Shown here piece by piece: positions 1-13,600 of a DNA stretch of 64,000 nt. A program made the position numbers and the translations under genes. Position 1 is the stretch's first letter; each line of letters begins with the position of its first letter. Origin of the DNA: Amphiscolops sp. MND2022 (Eukaryota); contig OZ076409.1 of assembly GCA_964187785.1 (NCBI GenBank), positions 98,024,001-98,088,000 on the forward strand, written 5' to 3'. The notes beneath the pieces were generated by a model. That model saw nothing but the letters and a program-made list of their open reading frames with translations. It ran no database searches and was not told where the DNA came from.

Positions 1-2890
1 TTTCGACACATCATATTGGCCGTGGCTTTGCTTTTATTTTGTACATCTTTTTGTGTTTTACATATTTTTAGTACCTTAGTACTTTCCGCGCTTGATCAAA
101 TGAAATACGAATAGTATTAACAGAAAGTTAACAATATTCACTGCTGAGTGCAAAACATGCGAAGAACAGGGCCAAGCAAAATTGCCAAATAAGTTTTTTG
201 TAAATTAGCGATAGCGTTAGCGATTAGCGAACCCATTTTGTCATAGCGAACCCATTTTGTCAGAACTCTTGTTGATAAACATTACATGTGTATTAGTGAG
301 TGGTTTTGTTTCAAAATCAGACAGTACAAAAGATACAATTTATAGTAAACTGTTTTTTCTTACCCTTAGCCTTAGAATGTAACAGATGAAGCACATGATA
401 CACGCTGACAAAAAATTTTGAATGATATCCACATTTCAAGTAAGGGGCATGAACTAGATGGTGTCAGAAGACTTGCTACTAGGTCATTTGCTACTGTAGA
501 CAAAATGCGTCTCACCCGCTACGGTAGAGTAATTTCACTCCTAGTTTTATACAAAACCTTGGGGACCGTGCGAGGCGTTGGTCTGCAACGGTAATGATGG
601 CCCAGGGTTCAAGGGGGCAATTTTATGACTGAATGATGAGATGGCGCCGATTCGCAGTAAACTACAGAGCCTCATTTTGCAGTGTCAGTAACGGTCCCCG
701 TATATATAAAAATACTGAAAACTTCAACACGTGGAGGACAGATTTACAAAACAAGACACCGAACTTTATTGAGAAATGGTCAAAAAAATGGAGTAATTAG
801 TGAAACAATCAACTTTGCTAGGATTTAAAAATTGTCGAATTTTCCGGTTGATCAGATCGTGGATATGCTACAGAAGGATCCAACGGTAGGTTTGATTCTT
901 TTGCAGACTCAATATCAGAAAAGCTGAATAATAGCCCCTTAGTTGGAATTAGTAGCAGACTACGTAGTAGTAAATGGCTTCATAGCAAAGGTCCTATTAG
1001 CAGATGTCCTGTGTTTCAAAATAACTTTGTTTTTCATACTGTGTGGATTTTACAGATGAAGAGTTGGAATTTTTCGACATCCACTTTGAAATTCCGTGTA
1101 TGCTCCGGAGAAATTTTGAATTTAGACAATCCATTAGTTGCCTTGAATGTTGGTTGGGTTGAATGGCTACTAAAATCGCTGAAAAATTCTGCGCTTGCGC
1201 TCATTCGCTGATTAGCGGTATCAAAACTGTGGTTTGTGTCGTACCTTGTGAGAGATATTCGTTGCAAGACGGTTGACCCTGGTCGTAGAAGGCGTGAATG
1301 AAAGAGTTGGACCCGGTCGTGTTTGTACCTGTTACCACCCGGCCAGTGTTACATCTTTCATCGAATTATTAAGCACTAGTAAATTTGATTGCTTGTTCAT
1401 GCATCGAGAAATTAATTTCAGTCGACACTGAAATGATTTTCGAGATGCGTGAACAAGCCATCGAATAATCAGCGTAAGCCAAACTTTTGCGTGATAACTA
1501 AATCTGTTAATGCATCGTTAAGTTGATCAATTAAGTGTGGCTTAACAATCCGAAACTTGTCATTATTCGGATTTTTACTCCATTCATATTTTCAAATTCA
1601 TCAAAACATGCATTTACCTAAACTTAGTACTATAACAACTTGTAGGGGACAAATAAAAAATTTTAAAACTAACGAATGATCTGAAACTTTGATGATCTGA
1701 AACTTGTATGAATTCCAGGCACGCCAAGGTGTCCTTAGCTCAAAAACAGATTACAAAATACATTCCCACGTAATCAGGGTAAGATCCTAATCACCGTGGG
1801 AGGGGGGGTGTAACCACCAATAAACCATAGGTTAGAAAGCGCAAAAGTCGAGTTCAATCAGTGGTTTTATTGTCTTTCACTGTCATGTTTCAAAGTGTTG
1901 TTTAACCAGAGCCGCATGTGCGGTGAAGGAGTCGTAAACGGATTAAAATATTGAAAACCAAATAACGTACTTTATTGTCATTTGGTCATTTTTGGGCTAA
2001 TTTTGGCTGTTTCTCAAATCCCAGCGATAGTACAAATTTGATGCCATTGCACATATAAAACTCTAATATGGTGTAGAATGACTGTAGAACATTTCGTTCG
2101 AATCGTATGGACAGTTTTTGGGAGAAAAAAGGTACGAGTGCATACAGTATGTTACGGCAAAATTGACAATTTGTAAACTTTTATTACGTTTTACCAACAC
2201 AACAGAAACCATTTTTCGTCACATTTTACAAGAGATCAACAACACGGCTTGGTCTTAATCGACAGAAATTAGACGAGATCCTGCGAATCTAAGCTTCCTA
2301 AAACCAGAGCTTCCGGTTGGTATGAAAAAGCTGATGTTCAGTCTCTTGTTGTTCATAAAAGTTGATTTGAAAATGTCTATTTTGCCGTAACCGACTGTAG
2401 TAGTGGAAAACTTTTTGCAACTCCTGATAATGATGTATTCTTTTAGTTTTATATATAGGTTCTTTTAGTCGAATATGGGTGACTTTTATCAAAAACCGCT
2501 GGACCTCATTTTCCAAGGTTGTTAATTATAGTTTTTTTCACGAAAAATGTTTTGAACAGGTTTTTTAAACAAAATACTGTTTTTTTGTGTTTCATTTTTC
2601 TTCCTCTTGGAAAAACTACCGTGGAAAACAATGTGTTATGCACAACGGTTTTTCATTTGTTGCCAAATATTTCATTGTACAAAAGTTTAACAAAAGAATA
2701 TAAAGCACGAAAGCCATTCACTTCATTGAATTTTCTCCAGATATCGTCTTTCAATTTTTCGATTTTTTGATGTGAAAAAGGTTAAAAGTACCAAACAAAT
2801 TGAACAGTCAGAAACTACACCATAAACACCCGAAGAGAAGTGTCTTAATTAATAAAAACAGTTTTTATTCATGTTTTTTTCTTGTTTTAT

Positions 2891-3192
2891 TCACGAATAA
2901 AACGCCTGAACAACCTTGCAATTTTCATAGCTAGTTTCATCCGCAGTGTAACACTGGCCTGTAGCCCCCCCGGTGCCCTGCATCTGGGTGTGAATGCCGC
3001 CGGTGGTGCAGCCGGGGTTGTTGTACAGGGGGTTGTAGCCCCCGCCCCCCGGGATGTCCGAGTCGACACTGCTCCTGTTCATGAGGTCACAGTCCTCGTA
3101 CATCTTCACGTCCACTCGGGGCAGGGGAGAGCGCTCGTTGCTGCGACCCCCCACCACACCCCCCGCTGACAGCCCACTCACGCCCCCCACGC
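2891..3192 (-). CDS. Terminal coding exon of an unidentified multi-exon gene (Gly-rich, probably disordered tail with NPLY motif)
   Basis: GC-rich island with acceptor gtgtttcag|GC (phase 1). Reads (S)VGGVSGLSAGG...GGYNPLYNNPGC...CKVVQAFYS*. AATAAA overlaps and follows the stop on the minus strand. Phase matches the donor at 5643. Confidence 0.75.
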
Positions 3193-3749
3193 CTGAAACA
3201 CGACTGCTAGTGCTACTACTACTGCTGCTGCTGCTGTCATTTGGTGATATACATTTTACATGGAAAAGTTTTAGCCAATAACCGAATGCTCAAAACCGGT
3301 GTCAGGACATGTCGTTCTATACACTTTCAACCTATGCAATTTCAACCGTTGCCATTTCAACCGTCCGCAATTTCAACCTAAACTAATTTTCACTCAATTT
3401 TCTTTTTTCAAAAGGTTTTCTGTTAGGGGAATTAGGTTTCCAAGCCTTAAACATGACATCTTTGGTTATTTTCGGGAACTCTTGATTTGGTCAAATGTAC
3501 TTTCTTCACTTTCCTGAATGTTTTCAGCTTGGCTTGAACAAAGCATTGTGCGAGCTCCTTTTTCGGAACTATGAGTCTTTTCTCTGAAGAGATTTTTCGA
3601 AATTTTTGTCCCTTCTGTATTCAAACGGATTGGTCGACAGCAAAAATCCCATTTGCATGCGTTTAAAAATTCGACCAAAGTGTTTGGTTGGTGTATTTGT
3701 GCGTGCCCGTTCTATTTTTGACGAACATCAGAACATTCGAGGTGAGGCA

Positions 3750-4195
3750 ACGATTGAGTCCCAAAACAAATTGAGTCCCAATACAAATTGAGTCCCAAAT
3801 GCAAAAAGCGTCAATTGAGTCCCGCGACAATTGAGTCCCAAACAAATTACTTTGATGAACTTACCAAATGCCGACAATTGAGTCCCAAATGTAAAACGCG
3901 ATAATTGAAAAGGCTGCATAATTGTTGTATGGCTCGGTCGCTTCGCTCCCTCCGCCAAGTAGCAACATTGAGGCATGGCCATACGGCACGTCGCTCCGCT
4001 TCGCTTCGCTCCTGCGTTTAGGGCACTAGGGGTATGTGAACATATCTGACTACGTTATAATAATTTTTTGTTTGTGATTTATTTGGGATTCAATTGTCGC
4101 GGGACTCAATTGTCGACCCCCTAAATTTAATTTATTTTGGGACTCAATTTGTTTTGGGACTCAATTGTCGCTTTTTGCATTTGGGACTCAATCGT
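3750..4195. mobile_element. Foldback-like element with inverted tandem arms (AATTGAGTCCC / GGGACTCAATT) around a conserved ~110-bp core
   Basis: Several AATTGAGTCCC copies at 3750-3890 mirrored by GGGACTCAATT copies at 4085-4192. The core at 3926-4037 recurs at ~8390, ~9560 and, inverted, ~14845. Confidence 0.65.
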
Positions 4196-4955
4196 CCATT
4201 TCCCAACATTCGAACATGTAATCACCAAAAAAAAAACATTTCGGGGTGTTTTTACCAAACGGGGTGTTTATCCATTGTCGTCAAACTATCAAACAAAAAC
4301 AGAACCTGTTTCTAAAAGTAAACATATGTGCTAAGGAGGTGCTTAGCGCAAGCTTGCCAAAAATACTGGTTTGACACCTAATAAACTCAGATTATAAACC
4401 ATCTGCATCGCAAATAGACGCGAAGGTATGCATTAGAAAACTAAATTGGATAAAAGTCACATTCGATCAATGAACGTTTTTTGTCAAACAATTACTAAAA
4501 GGCAATGTTAGCGAGATGAAAGTAGTTCCACGCGAATGCTCCAGGAGTGCACCATAAAGTATTCACCTATCATGCCAGTGCTTCAAATGGTTCCGGAGAT
4601 ATTAATCGCCAACTGGCTGGATCGCCAACTTCAAGTCATAATGTCTGTAGGGATTAAACAGAGGTTTTTCGGCCAGTTGTACGCTTTTCTGATGGTGTTT
4701 TCAACCGATTTCGCTTTAGTTAAAGTACGGCTGTACGTAAAAGGCTTAATGTCCAAGTAGATCACATCAAGTAGAAGCACGATAAACTTGAACTAACCCT
4801 TGCGAATTTGACAAAATTTCGATGAATTTCGTTAGGTCAATCGAACATTGAATTTTATTGGATTATTATCTAAAACATTAAAAATATTATATTTAATATC
4901 CAATGTGGACGCAAAATGAGCGTCATCCCTTGTGATCAACATCAACTACAGTACT

Positions 4956-5118
4956 CAGTGAACCCTCGATTATCCGCCACCTTTGGTCAACCGCCACAAA
5001 TCTACGGGGACATTTTGCTATACCACCCGTGTCTAAGCTCCCTTGATTAACCGCCACTCTCACTTATCCGCCATAATTCGCGCTGGACCGATGGTGGCGG
5101 ATAATCGAGGGTTTACTG
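4956..5118. mobile_element. Tc1/pogo(Tigger)-like MITE
   Basis: 26-bp TIR CAGTGAACCCTCGATTATCCGCCACC vs GGTGGCGGATAATCGAGGGTTTACTG (one mismatch); TA follows the right end; non-coding. Confidence 0.75.
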
Positions 5119-5186
5119 TATATGAGAAATAGAACTATAGCAACCACTAATTTGGTTTATAAGTCTAGACGGATGGCTCAAATATC

Positions 5187-5257
5187 GGAGCTATAGTGTA
5201 ACGGTTGGCATATCAGGTCACAACTTGGAGGAGCAGGTTCAAATCTTTTCAGCTCTA
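5187..5257 (+). pseudogene. Degenerate tRNA-like sequence (tRNA pseudogene or tRNA-derived SINE head)
   Basis: GGAGCTA...CAGCTCT acceptor-like ends, A-box-like TAGTGTAACGG and B-box GGTTCAAATC. The anticodon loop is 6 nt and the T-stem 3' side is broken, so it is unlikely to be functional. Confidence 0.45.
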
Positions 5258-5642
5258 TTTTTGCTTCAGTGTCTAGATAGTTTAATGGGTTGCTATAATG
5301 CTTTGTTAAACGTCTCCGACACTCAATGTCATTTATCAGAAATCCAAACAAGCCGGGAACGGCATATGTCGGCTCCTAGCGCGTTAAAAGGAGGAATTTT
5401 GTGATTTCTCAACATCTATTCAGCTGCAAAATATCAAAAAAGAGAGGGCATCCCCCACATAATTGATGAAAAGTATCAATCAAGGATTCTTTATTTAACA
5501 TCTCCGACACTCAATGTCATCGTCAAAAATCTAGACAGACCAAAAATCAAAACCAAAAAACCAGGCACGTTTTAACTGGAAAATGATGACAAGCAAAAAT
5601 TCACACTGTCATTTGGGTTGCTACAGAACGATGGCGACTCAC

Positions 5643-5947
5643 TTGAATAGTTTTGGGGTTCCTCTAGACTCCTGGTGGTCATCGAGGCTCCTCCCCCGAA
5701 TGCGCCGGTGCACACCCGACTGCCCCCTGCAGAGGGCGAGGAAGGACTGGTGCCGCCGCCACCCCCCACTGTTGTCTGGCCGAGAGGGGAGGAGTCATCG
5801 ATGCCCAGTCCGCCGAACAGCCCCCCGACTGTGTGACTGCCGGTGAAGCTGCGCCCAGACCTGCCGCCGCCACTGCTGCAGGGTGACACCATCCCTGCTA
5901 CTGCCGACACGGAGCCCCCCACCGTCTGGCAGCTGCCTGTGGTGCTG
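5643..5947 (-). CDS. Internal coding exon (Gly/Ser/Thr-rich) of the same unidentified gene
   Basis: GC-rich island with acceptor gttgccacag (tandem CAGCAG) and donor TCAA|gtgagt (phase 1), joining in frame to exon 3192-2891. Encodes STTGSCQTVGGSV...EEPQNYS. Confidence 0.7.
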
Positions 5948-5967
5948 CTGTGGCAACAACAACATGG

Positions 5968-6369
5968 TTTTTTGTCGTCGGCGCTTTGCAAGAAAAGTGC
6001 CCGACTCTTACAGTGGCAAGTTTCTGTTCGTCAGATAACGGAATGTATGCGTAATGGACACTTTTTACAGAACCACTAAAATACTGGGCCAGCAAGCGGA
6101 AACGCATCTAAGTTAGTGCAAAGGGTCCCCCTTTCATTTACTACATTTTTAACGGAAGATACAAAACCGGACGAGACTGTAGGGTCCCCCCTTTGACTTT
6201 TTTCGAATTATTTTTTTTGTCTCCAAAGGGCCCCCCTTCAAATTTTTGGTATTTTGCAACAAACTGGAGTTTCAAAAAGCCCAAACGGTCCCCCTTTTTT
6301 ACAATGTTAAAAACTTTGCGATTTTTGAGCCTTAGATATAGCGCCAACTTTGGCCGTTGCCGACTTGTT
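5968..6369 (+). mobile_element. Non-autonomous Helentron/DINE-1-like element (family A copy)
   Basis: T-run + GTCGGCGCT...CCCGACT 5' end; AGCGCCAACT + degenerate hairpin + TTGTT 3' end. Confidence 0.6.
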
Positions 6370-7016
6370 CGAAAGTGTTTCGAAACTTGTGAGTTTTTCA
6401 TAAAACGTCCTGAGCATGTTTTAAAAAGTTTGCGCTTCTTGAGCCTCAAGTATAGCGCCGAATTGAGAAAATACCGTCTTGTTGATGTTAATTTCAACCC
6501 ATAATATGTCTCACCTTTGTTTTACTATAACAAGACGCCCGATACGACATAGCACCGATATGATTTCCGCAGTAATTATTTTAGCGACAATTTTTGGGCT
6601 TCAGCGTAGTCTATGAATGCGTTCAAATTCTTCTCGGTTATATTGTCGAGCGGCTGATATCACGGCTTCCGAAACTTCTGGCAAAATTTTTGACGACGAA
6701 ATTTCTGGTAATTGTTAATTTGAATAAGTTAACAACCTTGCGCCACACTGCATCTGCACAAATCCACTGTCTGAGGACATTCTTCATGGGCAGAAAAGGT
6801 CAGGTCAGGTGAATGCCAGCCACAACAAGCACGGCACGAAGTAGGCGTAGAAAAAGTAGTAGTGACCTCTGATGATATGCAATTGTGGGGTCAGGAAAAG
6901 AAGATACTTCTCACACTGCTTCTTGGCTCACTTCCAGTGAATGCATGGCTACTGCCAAATCAGTGATGTACACAGTTCATTCACAGTTAGCTTTGAATAA
7001 AGTATTTTTCCATGTG

Positions 7017-7505
7017 TTTTAGTCGGCGCTTTTGAAGAGAAGTGCCCGACTATTATAGTGGGTAGATTTTTTATACGCGAAAGGTCCACTCTTTTCAATT
7101 GTTCAACAACTTGAACTACGGAAATTTAAAACACTCGAAACCTCAGAACCTCGTCAAAACAAAAAACACAAAACCGACGTCCAGAATCTCTCGAAAACAT
7201 ACTTACGATGCCCCTTTGGCTATCTTGGCGTTTTTCTTTTAGATTTTTTTCGGAACTAAGAGACTTTTTTCGAAATCTGTTTAAATTACACCTAAGAGTC
7301 CCCCCTTCAATCGTTTCGATATTTGGCAAGAGAAAGAATGCTGAAAAATCCCAAAGGTTGCCGCCTTTTACATTTTCGGCACTGTGACACTGTTCAAGAA
7401 ATTTCAATTTTTTCGAAAATTTTTCAATAACTCCAAAGGGTACCTAAAAACTTTCCTTTTTTGAGCCTTAGATATAGCGCCGACTTTGGCCGTTCCCGGC
7501 TTGTT
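7017..7505 (+). mobile_element. Non-autonomous Helentron/DINE-1-like element (family A, type copy)
   Basis: 5' TTTT-AGTCGGCGCT with nearby partial inverted copy CCCGACT; 3' subterminal AGCGCCGACT, then GCCG-TTCC-CGGC stem-loop and TTGTT; no TSD evident. Confidence 0.7.
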
Positions 7506-8279
7506 GAACTATTCTTGAACCTCATTCCTAGATTTCGGGAAGTAAAACTTTAACATCTGTTGTAAATGAGCGTTATTGTTACTATTATTTGCTGCAATTA
7601 TCTGCAATTATCATTTTTTAAAACGCAATTAAAATTAATTGATTTTTTGCGGAGCAATGTCTTCAATTGCATTTTATTTTTGATGCCCCCTGTTTGCAAG
7701 ACTTTCTAGATGCCCAAACTGTTGAGAAAAAAATCGACTTTTTAAGCCATCGTTTGCTAGAACAACTTCCTAGAGCAAAACAAAATTTGATAAACTGTGA
7801 TAAACAGCGTTAGCAAACTACTCGATCAATTTAGCTGGAAATTTCAAGAAACGTCCAAAAAAGTCCTAACAATTAATGGCACTTCGCTAAGCCCCACCCC
7901 GCTTCTGCTGTTAGGGACATCACGATTGCCTTTTTTGGACGTTATTCACCAATAAAACTCCTGGACGCTATTTCTTTGGACGTTATTTATCTCACTTTTT
8001 TTCAAGCGTAAGTTTCTCTTGTAAGTACCTAATGTAATCACCGTTAGTCAAATAGCACGCTGAATATGACGCTACTTTGAAACTTATATAATGGGACTGA
8101 AGTTTATTTGCATTGAAATCGCGGTAAAATTGCTGAAGGTCTCAGCTGCATTAAAAATTAGAACTGCGTCTCAATGAAACCTGCAAAACTTTGCGGCTCA
8201 GAATTGTCGCCAAATTTACGATGCACCTTACAGGCAGCTTGATAAATCGAATCAGTGAAGTTTTAATGGCGGCTATTAA

Positions 8280-8372
8280 CAAGTCCGAAAATAAATTTGG
8301 GTTGCACAAGTCCGAAAATAAATTTGGGTTGCACAAGTCCGAAAATAAATTTGGGTTGCACAAGTCCGAAAA
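8280..8372. repeat. 27-bp minisatellite (~3.5 copies)
   Basis: AAGTCCGAAAATAAATTTGGGTTGCAC repeated; source of the spurious HKSENKFGL / NLFSDLCNP ORFs. Confidence 0.9.
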
Positions 8373-11300
8373 ATACTTATCATATTTGTTGTATGGCTCA
8401 GTCGCTTCGCTCCCTTCGCCAAGTAGCAATATTGAGGCATGGCCATATGGCACGTCGCTCCGCTTCGCTTCGCTCCTGCATTTAGGGCACTAGGAGTATG
8501 CTGACTCCTATTGAAATTGAAAAGGGAAATTGAAAAGGAGCTGTGAGTTCTGAAATCTTATTGGACGAGAAATTTTAATTTTAATCTTTCGGACTTGTGA
8601 CCCGACACCGTTTTAATGAATGGACGTTTCTTTGAGAATTTTATAAAATCCTGGAAAATTAGCTTGGTAACCTACAAAAACATGTAAAAAGTTCAAGCAG
8701 TTCCAACCAGGGTACCGTCCCCGTTAGTTTGTATTTCATCTACATGTCCGTACATCACTGACTAGTTGAGCTGTTATGCAAAAGCCCCACCGAACCGACT
8801 GGGCCAAAATGTTGTTTAAAGTCCGCTGCTGCTGTTTTTCAAGTGACATGTTTTTTCTCTGGTTTCACGGTTAGTTCGAATCTGTTAGTCATCCGAATCT
8901 ACCCACTGAGAAGAATCGTTCCAGCACTACGCGAAAAACGGGATTTTATCGCAAAAACAAAGCAGGGAAAAAGTTCACAACTACCGTGTGTTCAGAGATT
9001 AAGGTGACAAAAAACGAGATTTCCATGAAATTCCAGTTTTGTGAATGAAAAGTGGCCGTTCAACAACAAAATTTGAACGGAAGTTTAAATTTTGGCGCGA
9101 ATATTGAACTTTCTTTCGTGAGAAGAGTTCTATGCTAAATATTCTTTCAATGTCTTGGTTGAATGTTAGGAGGTTTTACAATAGAAGCCTTAGTTTCTTC
9201 AAAAGAGCTCTCGAAAGTATCACCTTAATCTCTGAACACCCTGCAAACTTCGATGGTTTGTCATCATGTCATGGAGATGAAGTTACATATTGCTCGTCAA
9301 ATTCCTATGTGGCAGCAAAGAATACAGAAGGTCATTCTGAAACTTTACTCTGATAGGTCTTTACAAGGATCTGTAGGATCTGTTGCGCCATTACCCAACT
9401 TATACATTGCTTCATCAACTCGAGTTATTACCTATCCAGAGTCGAATTATTTAGAATCAAAAATGGCAACCAAATTATATAAAGTCCCATTATTTAGGAT
9501 CGAATTATACAGGATCGAAAATGATAATTTCATCGTAAATTTAGAAACCAAAATTGGTTGTATAACTCGGCCTTCGAGCCCCTCCAAATTGGCCTTCCTC
9601 AAAACCTGCCGCTGGCCAAGTAGTGGCACGTCGCTCCGCTTGGCTTCGCTCCTCCATTTATGGCACTATAGGTATGGTGTAACAATATTTCTCCTCTTTC
9701 GATGCTAGATAATTTTGCAAACTTTTCGATCCTACACAATTCGACTCTGCACAGCAATCCCGTAAACTCTAGGGTTTACAGAGGTCAGATGCGATGATAT
9801 ACGTAATCACTTTTTCCATATTGAAAAAAAAATAAACTAGATGAAGATAAATAATCCGAGGTTGAAAGTGCTCAAGTAATTCTTCCCAGTACCAATTTAC
9901 TCCCATTCTTTCCCATTGGGCTCTGACTCCATTCGGACTAGAGTGGAAAAGAGAGAAAATGCTCAATATAAAACCATATCTGAAAACAAAATGATGACTT
10001 TTAATAATGATTTTTAAAAGATGGCAAAACGGATAAAGCAAAACAAAGAAAGCAAAAAGGAGGAGAAAGCTCACAAAAACAATCGAACCCCGAAACCTAA
10101 TTTAAAAAATATGGTAAAAAATGGCGGCAAGACAAATTGGATGATTCATGAGGCAAGAAAGTAGTATCAACGGAAACAGTTTGAAGGGTTATTAACTGTT
10201 TTAATTTTTCATAAAAAAAATAAACACGGGAAAATAGTGGATTCAGAAAAAAAGGAAGTCTTACCAAGTCAATATGGTAAAAATTAGGAGGGATATGTGG
10301 CATATAACTATGGCAGCACTACAGCACTGAAAATGGAGAGAAGACAAATACAGGAGGAGCACTTAGAGAGGCAGCACACTTGACAAAAGAGCGATTTTCT
10401 CTCAGGGGGGATGACAGACAAGACATTGCTACCACTTCACTCTTCGTACCCACGACATCTGATCAATTCCAACGCCCGTAATTTCGAAAAAAGAAAAAAG
10501 TGAGTCGAAAAAGCAAGAAACGAAACGAGACATTACAAGTGCGTGTACAAATGACAGTTATCCAAATAATTTTGCTGAATGAATTTGAAGAAGTGAACGT
10601 TAGATGCAGATTTCTCAGGACCATTGAATTAGGTCGCTTGTAGCGAAAGCGCAAAAAAAGCGAAAGCGACGTAATATCCGGATAAGCACCGACAGCGAAA
10701 GCGACGACTGAAATTTGCGCTTATCTAATTGGTCAGAAATTATAGCTATTTTGGTTACAAAAAGTGTCCAACTCTAACAGTGGCAAGTTTTTTTGTACTG
10801 AGAATTTCACCCGACACTAGTACAATCGAAAAAATTGTCTCTGGTGGCGGTAGTTTGCTGAGAAAAGGGAGTAACCGATCAAAATTTTCAAAAGTTTATG
10901 TTTTTGAAAATTTGCAGCTTGAGAACCAAAATTCGCTGAGCCAGCGTTTTCTTCCAAAAAGCGCCGCTTAAGCGTAAGCGTGCCAGTCATAAGCGCAACA
11001 AATGATAAGCGCGTTTTTTGGGAAAACCTAATTCACTGCTCAGGACAAACTTGAAATTGAACTTGGATAAAGGAGTCACTTTTCTGGTTTGTATTCGAAA
11101 CATTTTAAGATTTTCACTAATTTTTCAAAAAAACTTGGTGGTGGGGGGGGGGGGGGGTAACAGAAAAGAGCCCACAGCTGCTGCTACCAGCGAATTAGGT
11201 CGCTTGTCAGCGAAAGCGGCTCTTTTTTGTTCCCCCACCCCACCATCAAATTTTTTGATTGAAATTTTTTTAATATCAAACCGGTTGAATTCGAAGTGAA

Positions 11301-11511
11301 ATTTTTCCCACAGCAAGAAATTAACTTCTATTGGAAAAGTTTTCATTTGAACAAAACATTTTCCACATGTTTTGACTGTAAATATGTTGAAAATTACCTT
11401 TTTTGTGACTGAAAACAGGAAGCTGTTGATTTCTTAATCAAGAATGCGTGACTTCATAGCGTGAACAGAATTTGTATCTGAATTCTCAAGTGTCATTCTG
11501 AGAATAAATAT

Positions 11512-12085
11512 CCTCGACAGTGATTTCGTCCTCAAATGAGGACAGCGATTTTTTTCGCAATCAATAATAAATTACGAAACGCAAAAAGCATAGAGGAAAA
11601 CGATAAATTGTCTTTCTTATCGACAATCTATTGGACTACCTGGTGTGAATTGTTATTTGTGTCAGTATAGATTTTTTTCCGAGCCACTGGCAAAAAAGTA
11701 ACTGAAAAAGTGAAAAAGTGCAAAAAAATACATTTCAGAAAATTCGTTTTTTCTCAATAACTGAGCAACTGTTTGCTAAGTGACCGTCCTACTCTAGAAA
11801 CACAGTTTGCCACCATTGAAAACGCATATAGAAGCTTCAGTTATGAGTTCAACCGATATTTGAAAGGCCCGGGGAAGCCGGGCCCGCGCCGCCGGGGTGG
11901 CGCTCTCACCTCAACAAGTGGCGCCAACTCGCGACCTAACTAGTGCGCATTCGAAAACTTAGGTAAAGGGCTTTCAGGAACAGAAAACCGATTGGAGCTG
12001 CGGCTATTATTTGTGGAGAAATGAAGCTTTGAAAAATTTTGCCAGAATTTTGTAAATTTTTCGACTTCTCGGTGTACTGTCGAGG
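11512..12085. mobile_element. piggyBac-like MITE (CCTCGACAGT termini)
   Basis: TIR CCTCGACAGT...ACTGTCGAGG flanked by ATAT/TTAT. Other ends of this family sit next to TTAA (23469, ~39997) or TTAT (~16912). Confidence 0.6.
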
Positions 12086-13026
12086 TTATAAAAGTAAAGG
12101 TTTCTAATTTAGTTCTAAGTCTTTTTGTTTCAATATTTTCACAAAATATTTTCAAAAAAATAAGTGAGGGCACAGAAAAGAACCGCGAAAGCGATGTAAT
12201 ATCCGTATAACCGCCGACTGAAATTTGCGTTTATCTAATTTGTCGGAAGTTTCAGCTATTTTGGTTACAAAAAGTGCTCAACTCTAACAGTGGCAAGTTT
12301 TTTGTACTGAGAGTTTCATCCGACACTAGTACAATCGAAAAAATTGTCTCTGGTGGCGGTAGTTTGCTGAGAAAAGGGAGTAACCGATCAAAATTTTCAA
12401 AAGTTCGTAATGTTTTTCAAAAAATTGCAGCTTTTGAGAACCAAAATTCGCTGAGCCAGCGTTTTCTTCCAAAAAGCGCCGCTTAAGCGTAAGCGTGCCA
12501 GTCATAAGCGCAACAAATGATAAGCGCGTTTTTTGGGAAAACCTAATTCACTGCTCAGGACAAACTTGAAATTGAACTTGGATAAAGGAGTCACTTTTCT
12601 GGTTTGTATTCGAAACATTTTAAGATTTTCACTAATTTTTCAAAAAAACTTGGTGGTGGGGGGGGGGGGGGGTAACAGAAAAGAGCCCACAGCTGCTGCT
12701 ACCAGCGAATTAGGTCGCTTGTCAGCGAAAGCGGCTCTTTTTTGTTCCCCCACCCCACCATCAAATTTTTTGATTGAAATTTTTTTAATATCAAACCGGT
12801 TGAATTCGAAGTGAAATTTTTCCCACAGCAAGAAATTAACTTCTATTGGAAAAGTTTTCATTTGAACAAAACATTTTCCACATGTTTTGACTGTAAATAT
12901 GTTGAAAATTACCTTTTTTGTGACTGAAAACAGGAAGCTGTTGATTTCTTAATCAAGAATGCGTGACTTCATAGCGTGAACAGAATTTGTATCTGAATTC
13001 TCAAGTGTCATTCTGAGAATAAATAT

Positions 13027-13600
13027 CCTCGACAGTGATTTCGTCCTCAAATGAGGACAGCGATTTTTTTCGCAATCAATAATAAATTACGAAACGCAAA
13101 AAGCATAGAGGAAAACGATAAATTGTCTTTCTTATCGACAATCTATTGGACTACCTGGTGTGAATTGTTATTTGTGTCAGTATAGATTTTTTTCCGAGCC
13201 ACTGGCAAAAAAGTAACTGAAAAAGTGAAAAAGTGCAAAAAAATACATTTCAGAAAATTCGTTTTTTCTCAATAACTGAGCAACTGTTTGCTAAGTGACC
13301 GTCCTACTCTAGAAACACAGTTTGCCACCATTGAAAACGCATATAGAAGCTTCAGTTATGAGTTCAACCGATATTTGAAAGGCCCGGGGAAGCCGGGCCC
13401 GCGCCGCCGGGGTGGCGCTCTCACCTCAACAAGTGGCGCCAACTCGCGACCTAACTAGTGCGCATTCGAAAACTTAGGTAAAGGGCTTTCAGGAACAGAA
13501 AACCGATTGGAGCTGCGGCTATTATTTGTGGAGAAATGAAGCTTTGAAAAATTTTGCCAGAATTTTGTAAATTTTTCGACTTCTCGGTGTACTGTCGAGG
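13027..13600. mobile_element. piggyBac-like MITE, second copy within the 1515-bp duplication
   Basis: Same sequence as 11512-12085 shifted by 1515. Confidence 0.6.

Noticed and set aside
5187..5257. Functional tRNA gene
   Set aside because: 6-nt anticodon loop and unpaired T-stem; kept only as a pseudogene-like feature.
8151..8493. ORFs with 9-aa repeats
   Set aside because: Translation of a 27-bp minisatellite and a dispersed repeat core.
11863..11944. Helitron 3' end (GC hairpin + CTAG)
   Set aside because: The hairpin is ~55 nt from the CTAG and lies inside a MITE bounded by CCTCGACAGT TIRs.
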